A stretch of 64,000 nucleotides of DNA from Gemmatimonas sp. Its GTDB lineage: Bacteria; Gemmatimonadota; Gemmatimonadetes; Gemmatimonadales; Gemmatimonadaceae. The notes under the pieces were generated by a model. That model was not told the DNA's origin, did no database searches, and saw only the letters and a program-made list of their open reading frames with translations. Shown one piece after another: positions 55,396 through 64,000 of this stretch. The position numbers and the translations under genes were made by a program. The stretch's first letter is position 1. Each line of letters begins with the position of its first letter. The stretch is from positions 2,112,001 to 2,176,000 of the forward strand of contig OZ257156.1 in assembly GCA_965279375.1 (NCBI GenBank), in the 5' to 3' direction.

Positions 55396-57653
55396 TATTG
55401 CGGCCTCGCGATCGCGTCGCGCCAAGGGGCGAAGTCATCGTACAGACGGCGCACGAGGCCGTCGCTCAGGGCAATCCGCGTGATGGCGCTGCCGCGTGCG
55501 GCATCCCGCACCACCACTTCGATCTTGGGGAGTGAACCATCCTCTCGCGGCATGAACGCTGCGGGCGACACCAGCGCGACGATCTCGTTGGGCACCGGCT
55601 TTCCGGCGGCGAGATGCGCCGGCACGTTGGCCAACGCCGGAATGCGCGACGATTGCTCGAGCGCCACCGCCACGCCATCGCGCAGCAGCTCCACCGACTC
55701 CACATCACCGCGACGAATATCCAACACCTTGTCCGGCACATACGAAGGCCACGGCGCCTTTTCGGGCGTGACTTCCAGCACGTACATCGCGCGACGCGAC
55801 GACACCACTGATTTCCACGCGCCCCACCCCTCGATGGGATCCACCATCGGATACGGTTCCCCCGACGCACTCGTCTTGCCGTTGCGCCACGCGTCACCCT
55901 GTTCGGCGCGCCACACAAACACCGGCGTGGGCATGATCACGGCCCGCACGTCGCCATTGCGCACGATACGCGCCTTGCCGTCGACGCCACGAGCAATCAT
56001 CGCACGCGCGGCTGCTTCCGGATATCGCGCACGGACACTGGCCACGCGCGCGATGCTGTCGGCGCGTTCCTTCTTGCTGCGCTGCTCTGCCAACCTCGCC
56101 GAATCCCGCTGTGCGCGCTTGATGCTGTCGGCCTTGGCGGCAGCAGAACCTTTCGCGGCGACGGCTGCGGGCGTCGCAGATGCCCCGGACGGCGCAGGTG
56201 CCCCGGGCGGCGTTGGTGTGGCCGGCGGAGAGGTCTGTGTAGCACCTGTTGAGGTCGCGCCGTTCGGCGACGACGGTGCGTTAGGCGCTGCGGGCGACGG
56301 CACGACGGCGACACGAGCGGCGCTATCGGCAAGCGCGCTGTCGGCCGATGTGCGGAATGCGGCCTCGCCACTGCCTGGGGCACTGCCTGCGGAACCTCGA
56401 CCGAACGCGAGCCACAGCGCGCCGGCCACGAGCACTGCGCCGCCTGCCAGCATGCCCGCGCGAGAGGAGCCGGATGAGGTCAGGCGCACCTGCTCCTGCG
56501 TCACCCCGCTGGTGATCGCGGCCGGGGCACCCGCGCTCGACGCGGATTCCACGCCGCTGCCGACGGTGTTGGTGCGAATCGCGCTGACAGCGGCACTGTT
56601 GCGCAACCCTTCGCTGACCGAGTGCGGCGTGCGCGCGGCCACATTCGCCACGCGCGTGTCGAGCGCACGGCGATACAGCTCCGCGGTTTGCGTCGGCGTC
56701 ATGCTGCTGATCGCGCCGGAGAGCGCATGCGCAAAGTCGGAGACCGTCTCGAAGCGTTCCGCAGCATCCGGCGCCAACGCGCGATCGAAGATCTCCTGCA
56801 GCGACTGCGGCCACTCCACGTCCTCACGCGCCTTCTGCAGCGTTTGCGGACGACTGGTGAGCCGCAAGATGAGCGATTCCTTGGACGACTCCGCCGGAAA
56901 TGCCTGCTTGCCGGTGAGCGCGTAGAACGCCACCAGCGCGAGGGCGTACTGATCGCTGCGCGGGTCGAGCGTGTCTCCCGCCAGCTGCTCGGGCGACATG
57001 TACTGCGGCGTGCCGATTGCGAAGCCGGTACGGGTCACGCGCGTATTGCTCGTGTCCATCGTGCGCGCGATGCCGAAGTCCACGAGCTTCACCATGAACG
57101 TGCCATCGCTGCGAAGACCAAGCATGATGTTGTCCGGCTTGATGTCGCGGTGCAGCATGTTCAGGTCGTGCGCGGCCTGCAGCGCGTCGGCGGCCTGGCC
57201 GAGGATGTCTGCGGCGATATCCGGATGCAGCGCCGACTCACGATCCAGCTTGGCCGCCAGCGATTCGCCGTCCACATACTCCATCGCCAGATACACAATG
57301 CCGTCGGCGGTTTCGCCGAAATCGAAAATCGCCGCGATGTTGGGGTGCGACAGCTGGCTCGCGTTTTCTGCCTCGCGTGTGAAGCGTTGCAGCGCTTCCA
57401 CGTCACCAACGAGCGCAGGTCGCATGATCTTAATCGCGCTCTTGCGCTTCATGCGCACGTGTTCGCCGAGGTACACCTGTCCCATGCCACCTTCGCCGAT
57501 CCGCGAGGTGATGCGATAGCGGTCGGCGACAACCGTACCGATCAGGTCGGCGGTCTGGCCGGCGCTGACGAGCCGAGTCCCGTCCTTCGCACAGAACGCG
57601 ACGCCGTCTTCGTAGGCGTCGCCGCAGCGGGGGCAGATATTCGTCGGAGGCAC
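55395..57653 (-). CDS. Ser/Thr kinase with N-terminal zinc-ribbon-like motif, TM helix and unknown C-terminal domain
   Basis: CPRC...CAKD; GEGGMGQVY, AIK, HRDIKPDN, DFG, GTPQYMSPEQ; GTG start at 57653 is inferred. Confidence 0.9.
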   Translation of the reverse strand: MPPTNICPRCGDAYEDGVAFCAKDGTRLVSAGQTADLIGTVVADRYRITSRIGEGGMGQVYLGEHVRMKRKSAIKIMRPALVGDVEALQRFTREAENASQLSHPNIAAIFDFGETADGIVYLAMEYVDGESLAAKLDRESALHPDIAADILGQAADALQAAHDLNMLHRDIKPDNIMLGLRSDGTFMVKLVDFGIARTMDTSNTRVTRTGFAIGTPQYMSPEQLAGDTLDPRSDQYALALVAFYALTGKQAFPAESSKESLILRLTSRPQTLQKAREDVEWPQSLQEIFDRALAPDAAERFETVSDFAHALSGAISSMTPTQTAELYRRALDTRVANVAARTPHSVSEGLRNSAAVSAIRTNTVGSGVESASSAGAPAAITSGVTQEQVRLTSSGSSRAGMLAGGAVLVAGALWLAFGRGSAGSAPGSGEAAFRTSADSALADSAARVAVVPSPAAPNAPSSPNGATSTGATQTSPPATPTPPGAPAPSGASATPAAVAAKGSAAAKADSIKRAQRDSARLAEQRSKKERADSIARVASVRARYPEAAARAMIARGVDGKARIVRNGDVRAVIMPTPVFVWRAEQGDAWRNGKTSASGEPYPMVDPIEGWGAWKSVVSSRRAMYVLEVTPEKAPWPSYVPDKVLDIRRGDVESVELLRDGVAVALEQSSRIPALANVPAHLAAGKPVPNEIVALVSPAAFMPREDGSLPKIEVVVRDAARGSAITRIALSDGLVRRLYDDFAPWRDAIARPQ

Positions 57654-57752
57654 GCGGTCGGCGGAGGGTGTGCGATACGGAAGCGTCCGGCAGTGAGGTA
57701 AAACTACCACCCGCACGATTGCCGGGCGCAACACTACCGTTCAGAATGCAGC

Positions 57753-59444
57753 ATGCCCACCGCACGCACGCTTCCGCTCCACGTCTCGCTGCTGCTCGGC
57801 GCTGCACCGCTGGCCGCGCAGACTCCGTGCGACGGCAAGACCGTCAGCCGGGTCGAGATTGTGCGGTCAACGCGGACGATCGTGGACAAGATGCGTGCGC
57901 CGGGGTGGAGCCGCCCGATTCTGCAGCCGCTTTTGGTAGGCGTGCCCACACGCGAAAGTGCGATCCGTCCGTTTCTGCAGCTCGCCGTCGGAAAGTCATG
58001 CTCGGAGATTCGTCGAGCGGAGTCGGAGCGGCTCCTGCGTCTGCAGCCGTACCTGGCCGACGCCACAGTACGCGTGGTGGACGAGACCGACGGATCGGTG
58101 CGCGTCGAGGTCGAAACGATCGACGACCAGCGGCCGATCATCGGCGTGGGACTGCGCGAGTCGTCGCTCAGCTACCTCGAGCTGGGCAACAGCAACATCT
58201 CCGGTTCAGGTCATCTGGCCGCGGTGGGTTGGCGCGACGGCCGCGCCTTTCGCGACGGTATCGGCGGTCGCTATACCGACTACCACGTGCTGGGCCGACC
58301 GGTGCGCGCCAACGTCGCGTACGCCCGCTTTCCGCTGGGCTCCTTCGCACTCGCATCACTGTCTGAACCGTTCTTCACGGACCTGCAGCGCACGGCCAGC
58401 TACGCCGGATACCTGCGGGACGACGGCTATCAGCGCTTCGTGCGGCCCTCAGGGGACGCGCTGTCGCTCAACACCATTCGCGAGCGCGCCGACGCCGGGA
58501 TCGCCTGGCGGCTCGGCTCCGGCGGATCGGCGAGATATCTCCTGGGCGTGCTCGGGAGCGTCGAGCGCCGTCGGCAGCCCAGCGCGCCGGTCATCTTCGC
58601 CGACTCGGGGCTCGTCGCCACCAACGACAGCACGCTACGCGGACGTTATCGCACCACGGATGCCACACGACTTGGCGTGGTTGCCGGCGTCCGCGCCGTG
58701 ACGTTCGTGAAGGTGAAGGGCTTCGACGCGCTCGAGGGCGTGCAGGACATCGGACGCGGCATGCAGTTCGCCGCGACGATCGGCTCCAGCATCAGCGGCT
58801 CGGTGCGCGGTCCGTTCGTCTCGGCCGACTTCTACACTGGCGTGGGTGCCGAACGCTCGTTTCTCGGCCTGCGCACCCAGGTGGAGACGCGACGTGACGC
58901 GGGGAGGTGGGCCAACATCGTGGGGAGCGGCCGATTGGCGTGGTACTCACGCCCCAGCGCGAAGCAGACTCGCCTCTGGAGCCTCGAGTACGTCGGCGCC
59001 GGTCGCCACGACGTCCCGTACCAGCTGACGATGGACGATCCGCAAAGCGGCATCCGCGGCTACGCGGGGTCGCGTGTGGTTGGCGCACGTCGTCTGTTGT
59101 TGCGCGCCGAGCGCCGTGTCGTGATGCCGGGGATTTCGCGATACCTCGGCTGGGGCGTGGCCGGCTTTGCCGATGCAGCGCAGATGTGGAAGGGGACCGT
59201 TCCGTATGGTCGCAACGGAACGCGCGGCAGCGTCGGCCTCAGTCTGCTGGCCGCCGTGCCGCGCGAGTCGCGCTCACTGGCGCGCGTGGATTTTGCGTTT
59301 CCCTTCGTGCCCGACGACAACGCGAAGGATTTCTCCGTGCGCTTCACCTACACCGTTGCCGGCCGCTCCTTCTGGCGCGAGCCCTGGCAACTCGCCCGCG
59401 CCCGACTCGGCGCCGTGGCCAGCGACATCTTCACGTGGCCGTAA
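57753..59444 (+). CDS. Outer-membrane protein with POTRA-like N-terminus (Omp85/TamA-like, tentative)
   Basis: Signal peptide; TRESAIRPFL...ESERLLR; amphipathic strands; GIRGY loop; GFADAAQMW, ARVDFAFP. Confidence 0.65.
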   Translation: MPTARTLPLHVSLLLGAAPLAAQTPCDGKTVSRVEIVRSTRTIVDKMRAPGWSRPILQPLLVGVPTRESAIRPFLQLAVGKSCSEIRRAESERLLRLQPYLADATVRVVDETDGSVRVEVETIDDQRPIIGVGLRESSLSYLELGNSNISGSGHLAAVGWRDGRAFRDGIGGRYTDYHVLGRPVRANVAYARFPLGSFALASLSEPFFTDLQRTASYAGYLRDDGYQRFVRPSGDALSLNTIRERADAGIAWRLGSGGSARYLLGVLGSVERRRQPSAPVIFADSGLVATNDSTLRGRYRTTDATRLGVVAGVRAVTFVKVKGFDALEGVQDIGRGMQFAATIGSSISGSVRGPFVSADFYTGVGAERSFLGLRTQVETRRDAGRWANIVGSGRLAWYSRPSAKQTRLWSLEYVGAGRHDVPYQLTMDDPQSGIRGYAGSRVVGARRLLLRAERRVVMPGISRYLGWGVAGFADAAQMWKGTVPYGRNGTRGSVGLSLLAAVPRESRSLARVDFAFPFVPDDNAKDFSVRFTYTVAGRSFWREPWQLARARLGAVASDIFTWP

Positions 59445-59547
59445 ACCGACGCATGGTGGTCTGAGCGCGCACCGCCCAAGGCAGTGCTGGGCGTGAGTGG
59501 GTAGAGTCTGGGAGATGCCCTCGCCACCAAGCGCATATAGCACACAC

Positions 59548-59567
59548 GAGCACGACTGCGCGTGCTC
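59548..59567. terminator. Hairpin just downstream of the hsdM stop, between convergent genes
   Basis: GAGCACG-ACTGCG-CGTGCTC. Confidence 0.4.
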
Positions 59568-59574
59568 TCACGAC

Positions 59575-61221
59575 CTATGCCTGTGATGGATCGACATCCC
59601 CTGTCGGAAGCAGAGGCAATCCCAGCTCTCGCAGGAATCCATTGTGTGTGTCCCGCGCCTTCCTAATCTCCTTCTCGATCGCCATGAGTGCCTGGTTCGT
59701 GGCCGTCAGATCAATCTCCTCCTCACCAACCGCTGTGCTGATGTAGCGGGAGATGTTGAGGTTGAAATCGTTTTTCTCGATCTCCGCCATCTCTACCCGG
59801 CGGGCGTATCGCTCGATGGGCTTCTCAGGTCGCTGTTGATACGTGTCGACGATCTTCGCAATGTGCGCGGCGCTGAGCTGGTTCTGGCGCTTGCCCTTCT
59901 CGAAATGTTCGGCGGCGTTGATGAACAGCACATCGTCTGGCTTCTTGCACTTCTTGAGCACGAGGATGCAGACCGGAATGCCCGTCGAGTAGAATAGATT
60001 GGCGGGCAGGCCGATCACGGTATCGATGTGACCGTCCTTAAGCAGCTTCGTACGAATGCGTTCCTCGGCGCCGCCCCTGAACAGCACGCCATGGGGCAGG
60101 ATGATGGCCATGACGCCTTCGTCCTTGAGGAAGTGGAAGCCGTGCAGCAGGAAGGCGAAATCGGCGGCTGACTTGGGTGCGAGGCCGTGGCTCTTGAAGC
60201 GCACGTCGTCGCCCATGCTCTCGCCGGCGTCCCAGCGGTAGCTGAACGGCGGATTGGCGACGATGGCGTCGAAGAGCGGCTTCCTGGCCGGGTTCGGCTC
60301 GCGCAACATGTCCCACTCGTTGAGCAGTGTATCGCCGTGGAAGATCTCGAACTCCGTGTCCTTCACCCCGTGCAGCAGCATGTTCATGCGTGCCAGGTTG
60401 TAGGTGGTGATGTTCTTCTCCTGGCCGAAGATCTTGCCGATCGTGCCGCCGTCTTTGGTCACGCGCTTCCGCACGTTGAGCAGCAGCGAGCCGGAACCGC
60501 AGGCGAAGTCCATTACCCGTTCCAGCCGCTTCTTCGTACCGGTATTGGGCTCCTGACTGTCCAGCGTCACGATGGCGGAGAGGATGTCGGAGATCTGCTG
60601 CGGCGTGTAGAACTCGCCCGCCTTCTTGCCGGACCCCGCGGCAAACTGGCCGATCAGGTATTCGTAGGCGTCGCCGAGCGCGTCGATGTCCGTCGAGAAC
60701 TCGTTGAGCCCTTCGGCGATCTTCTGGATGACGGTGCAGAGCTTTGCATTCTTTTCGGCCTGAGTCTTGCCCAGCTTGGGCGAATGCAGGTCGATCTCCG
60801 AGAACAAACCCTGAAAGGTGCTCTCGAACGATTCCGTCTCGATGTACTTGAAACCGTCCTGCAACGTGCCCAGCAGCTCGCCGTTCTGCGTGCGGGCCAG
60901 ATTGGCGATACTGTTCCATAGGTGTTCCGGTTTGATGACATAGTGCACCTTGCGCCGCATCTGCTTCTCGAACTCCGGGATGTCATCCACGTTGTTCGCG
61001 TACCACAGCGCCAGCGGCACCTTACGGGCTTCGCCGCCGGTGTCGGGGTAATCCTTGCCCAGTTCCTTCTTCGCCGCCGTCTCGTAGTTGTCGGAGAGGT
61101 AGCGCAGGAAGAGAAACGAGAGCATGTAGTCGCGGAAATCGTCCGCATCCATCGCCCCGCGCAGTTGATCGGCGATGCTCCAGAGCGTATTGCCGAGTTG
61201 CTTCTGAGTGGTCTCGCTCAT
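59575..61221 (-). CDS. hsdM: Type I restriction-modification methyltransferase subunit (m6A)
   Basis: LWSIADQLRG, GDAYEYLI, GEFYTP, DFACGSGSLL, NPPF, LPHGVLFRG. Confidence 0.97.
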   Translation of the reverse strand: MSETTQKQLGNTLWSIADQLRGAMDADDFRDYMLSFLFLRYLSDNYETAAKKELGKDYPDTGGEARKVPLALWYANNVDDIPEFEKQMRRKVHYVIKPEHLWNSIANLARTQNGELLGTLQDGFKYIETESFESTFQGLFSEIDLHSPKLGKTQAEKNAKLCTVIQKIAEGLNEFSTDIDALGDAYEYLIGQFAAGSGKKAGEFYTPQQISDILSAIVTLDSQEPNTGTKKRLERVMDFACGSGSLLLNVRKRVTKDGGTIGKIFGQEKNITTYNLARMNMLLHGVKDTEFEIFHGDTLLNEWDMLREPNPARKPLFDAIVANPPFSYRWDAGESMGDDVRFKSHGLAPKSAADFAFLLHGFHFLKDEGVMAIILPHGVLFRGGAEERIRTKLLKDGHIDTVIGLPANLFYSTGIPVCILVLKKCKKPDDVLFINAAEHFEKGKRQNQLSAAHIAKIVDTYQQRPEKPIERYARRVEMAEIEKNDFNLNISRYISTAVGEEEIDLTATNQALMAIEKEIRKARDTHNGFLRELGLPLLPTGDVDPSQA

Positions 61222-62228
61222 GGCTTGGTGCGTCGCTTGATAGTGGACTCCAGCGCATCGAGGTCAGCGGCGTCTTGCTGGTCGGCCTGCTGTGCTTCGC
61301 GTGTTCTGCGCTGCAGGTCGAACGCGAGATAGAGCTCGCCGGTACGAGCTTCCATGTGTTCGTGACTGATGGAGCCAGCGTGCGTGAGCAACGGGAATCC
61401 GTTCGAGCTGATGATCTGATCCACGTTATGCTTCCAGAATTCCATGCGCGTGTCCTGTTTGGACTTGGCGCGGAGCTCGGCGGTTTCCAGAAAGATGACC
61501 ACCAGCCGGTTCAGCGTATCGATCTCGTCTTCGGTCAGGTAGTTCTTCGCGACGACGATGTCGGTCTTTCGCACTTTGTCGCCCTTCCAGGCGAGCAGCC
61601 CGAAATGCGGATCGTCGGGATTGGCGCGAGCGGTAATGAGTTCAGCGGCGGTCTTGCGTGTTACTGCAAATATCAGAACGTTCTGCACGGTCGCAAAGAA
61701 CTGCTGTGTTGCTGAGTCGGTCTTGTCGTAGTCGCTGGACAGCGCGAAGAGATCGCGCACTTTCTGATAGAATCGCTTTTCCGAGGCGCGGATGTCCCGG
61801 ATGCGCTCCAGCATCTCATCGAAGTAATCCGGTCGGCCGTCCGGGTTCTTCAAGCGTTCGTCGTCCATGACGAAGCCCTTGATGAGGTATTCCTTGAGGA
61901 CGGTGGAGGCCCAGCGCCGGAACTGCACCCCACGCGGCGAGCGCACGCGGTAGCCCACGGCAAGAATGGCGTCGAGGCTGTAGAGGGTGACCGGGCGCTG
62001 CACCTCGCGGTTGCCCTCGGTTTGAACTACCGAGGATTCCTCGGTAGTTGCCGTCCGGTCCAACTCCCCTTCCTCGAAGATGTTCTTCAGATGCAGCCCG
62101 ACATTGTCGGAGCTGACATTGAACAACTCCGCCATGTCTTTCTGCGTCAGCCAGACAGTTTCGTCTTTGGCCCGCAGCTTGATCTGGCTGCGACCATCGT
62201 CGGTGGTGTAGAGGATCAAGTCGTTCAC
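61218..62228 (-). CDS. rhuM: RhuM family DNA-binding protein
   Basis: TVWLTQKDMAELF, HLKNIFEEGEL, AVGYRVRS, QFRRWA, EYLIKGFVMDDERLK, RIRDIRASEKRFY, AKNYL. Confidence 0.92.
   Translation of the reverse strand: MNDLILYTTDDGRSQIKLRAKDETVWLTQKDMAELFNVSSDNVGLHLKNIFEEGELDRTATTEESSVVQTEGNREVQRPVTLYSLDAILAVGYRVRSPRGVQFRRWASTVLKEYLIKGFVMDDERLKNPDGRPDYFDEMLERIRDIRASEKRFYQKVRDLFALSSDYDKTDSATQQFFATVQNVLIFAVTRKTAAELITARANPDDPHFGLLAWKGDKVRKTDIVVAKNYLTEDEIDTLNRLVVIFLETAELRAKSKQDTRMEFWKHNVDQIISSNGFPLLTHAGSISHEHMEARTGELYLAFDLQRRTREAQQADQQDAADLDALESTIKRRTKP
62025..62049. repeat. Perfect 12-1-12 palindrome inside the rhuM coding sequence
   Basis: AACTACCGAGGA-T-TCCTCGGTAGTT; encodes (A)TTEESSVV on the minus strand. 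Confidence 0.95.
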
Positions 62229-63460
62229 GGGGGCGTGACCGGCGTTGCTGAAACGGCTCCGCGAACCGCTGGAGCGATGTCCGGCAGCGAGAACTGAAAC
62301 TTGGTGGTGAAGTCCCGAAGGATGCGGCGGAACAACTCCTGGTTGTCCTCGCCCATCTCGGTCGGCTCGTGAATGGCGTACTTGCCGTGACTCAGAAGAT
62401 TCAGAGCGCGGTTGTAAAGCGCGAGGTCTTCCTCGTTGTCCAGTGCCTTGAGGCAGAACCCAATGTCAGCGTGCCCGAAGAACGACGCGGTCTTCTCCAG
62501 GATGCTTCGCAGGGCGTTGAAATGAAACGTGTAGAGCTTGCCAGTGGCGGGATCTGCGGCCAGCTGCAGCTCTGCCATCGTTGCAACGTGATGGAAAAAC
62601 GGCGTGTCCTCTGTGGCGCGGAGTGTGTACGTCCCATCCGAGTTCGGACGGTGCAGGAAATAGCGCTTGTGCCTCACTGCCGGCGCGCCCTCCTTGGACC
62701 TGCCGATCTCATTGCACATCACGTTGAAGAACAGCGCATGGTGGGATGAAAACACCACCTTGATGGGAGCGTCGTTGCCATCCGCGCCCGTCCGGCTCGC
62801 GGCCCGGCGCACAAGGTTGGCAAGGTCACAGGCGACGGCGATGGCGTTGTTGTCGTCCAAGGACGAGATCGGGTCGTCTATATAGAGGTATTTCACGGCC
62901 GGAAACGCGCCGGGAAATTTCAGAACCTGTTCAGCAATGGCCATGAACACGCACCAGATGAAGATGTTCTGCTCACCACGCGAAATCTTTATCTGCGACT
63001 GATCACCTTTACCGAAACTGACGAAAACGGGCCTGGAGAACGACTCACTTCCCCGCTGCACTACCTCGTACGTGAAATCAAAGCTGAAGTCCGCGTAGCG
63101 CTTCAGGTATTCATCTATGACGGGCTCCAGAGGCTCATTCTTGAATGCATCAAAGAAACGCGACCCTTGGTTGATATTGAGACCGCGAGCGGTGTCGTTC
63201 TCAAGGTCGTTGTCCCAAGTGAAGAGATCCTCGGTGAAGGCATTGAAGTAGAGACAGTCAGCGATACCCTGCGGATTCTTCTTGCTCTTGCGTTTTGCGG
63301 CGTTTTTGAACTCCATGGACAGTCGCGTCTTACCGGTGCGGTTGTACGCGAAAATGAGCACAAGCTCTAGGGGACTCGTCGGATTGTTTAGATCATCCCG
63401 CAGCCTGGTCGCCAACATTCGGAGATTCGACAAGCGATGAATCCTTGGCTTTGCTCTCAT
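62225..63460 (-). CDS. prrC: PrrC family anticodon nuclease (ABC-ATPase + HEPN RNase)
   Basis: Walker A AYNRTGKT, PrrC box FNAFTEDLFTWDND, signature ISRGEQ, Walker B YIDDPISSLD, H-loop SSH, nuclease motifs LRSILEKTASF and NRALNLLSH; lies between hsd genes. Confidence 0.9.
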   Translation of the reverse strand: MRAKPRIHRLSNLRMLATRLRDDLNNPTSPLELVLIFAYNRTGKTRLSMEFKNAAKRKSKKNPQGIADCLYFNAFTEDLFTWDNDLENDTARGLNINQGSRFFDAFKNEPLEPVIDEYLKRYADFSFDFTYEVVQRGSESFSRPVFVSFGKGDQSQIKISRGEQNIFIWCVFMAIAEQVLKFPGAFPAVKYLYIDDPISSLDDNNAIAVACDLANLVRRAASRTGADGNDAPIKVVFSSHHALFFNVMCNEIGRSKEGAPAVRHKRYFLHRPNSDGTYTLRATEDTPFFHHVATMAELQLAADPATGKLYTFHFNALRSILEKTASFFGHADIGFCLKALDNEEDLALYNRALNLLSHGKYAIHEPTEMGEDNQELFRRILRDFTTKFQFSLPDIAPAVRGAVSATPVTPP

Positions 63461-64000
63461 GCCTCAACCTCTGCCGATGTTGGGAAAAGCCGCTGCATCA
63501 GCCCGCGCTTGTGGCGCTTCAGGGCTCCGAGTCCTCGCGCTTCGGCGGTGATTAGGGCGTCGACTACGCCGAGGCAGGTGCCTATGCGTTGTTGCTCGGC
63601 AGGCGAGGGGAAAGACACCTCCATGTCAAGTATGTCGGTCCGGGACAACCCGGGTATCAGGTTTCCCGAACCCAAGTCTGCGAAGCGTCTCCTCTTCGTG
63701 AGCAGGAATTGAAAAATGAACTGGCTCGATCCTCGTTTGGCGCGAATGGCCATGAGTTGGCGTCCCAACGCTACCGCCGGCAGAGTCGAAAACCACACTT
63801 CTCCAACGCCGCTTCCCTTTACCGTGATCAACGTGTCGTTAGGCGCTGCCACGTTCGCTGACCGTTTCGTCCACTTACAAACGTTCTCCACGTCATTGGT
63901 AAAGTCGGAAGGACCCGTGAAGTAGGGTACTTCTCCCGTTGTGCTGTATTGGTTGGGCGACAAATGCAATCCCGAGATCAAATGAACTTCGCTGGACAGG
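63457..64000 (-). CDS. hsdS: Type I RM specificity subunit, C-terminal part (runs off the window)
   Basis: Frame open to the window edge; TRD-like region then PSPAEQQRIG...LKRHKRGLMQRLFP conserved helix; ATGA overlap with prrC. Confidence 0.9.
   Translation of the reverse strand, partial: LSSEVHLISGLHLSPNQYSTTGEVPYFTGPSDFTNDVENVCKWTKRSANVAAPNDTLITVKGSGVGEVWFSTLPAVALGRQLMAIRAKRGSSQFIFQFLLTKRRRFADLGSGNLIPGLSRTDILDMEVSFPSPAEQQRIGTCLGVVDALITAEARGLGALKRHKRGLMQRLFPTSAEVEA

Noticed and set aside
55366..56925. 519-aa plus-strand ORF
   Set aside because: Antisense to the Ser/Thr kinase; low complexity.
62225..63460. Alternative call as RloC
   Set aside because: Too short, no coiled-coil/zinc-hook insert, and it has the PrrC box.

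Overview
High-GC bacterial chromosomal window. The gene content (DUF5916 proteins, Big_2 and RCC1 lipoproteins, SARP-TPR regulator, PEP-CTERM proteins, several Ser/Thr kinases) suggests Gemmatimonadota; this is inference, not a search result. About 44 protein-coding genes are supported; no rRNA, tRNA, CRISPR array, transposase or integrase was recognised. In order: (1) a two-component cluster with a GacA/UvrY-like regulator; (2) an FHA protein, RCC1-propeller Ser/Thr kinase, two Big_2 lipoproteins and a TPR protein, probably one operon; (3) secreted hydrolases, further two-component genes and a 7-PASTA protein; (4) amine/redox metabolism, including a Tat-signal alpha-hydroxy acid oxidase with a CxxCH motif, a copper amine oxidase and a coupled operon of heme c/copper monooxygenase, PQQ dehydrogenase and cytochrome c; (5) a membrane SARP regulator with two PEP-CTERM genes; (6) the end of a defence locus, hsdS-prrC-rhuM-hsdM. 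The best leads are a perfect 25-bp palindrome inside the rhuM coding sequence, the heme c/Cu-monooxygenase/PQQ operon, the Tat flavo-heme oxidase and the RCC1-kinase/Big_2 operon. All calls come from motif recognition by eye.
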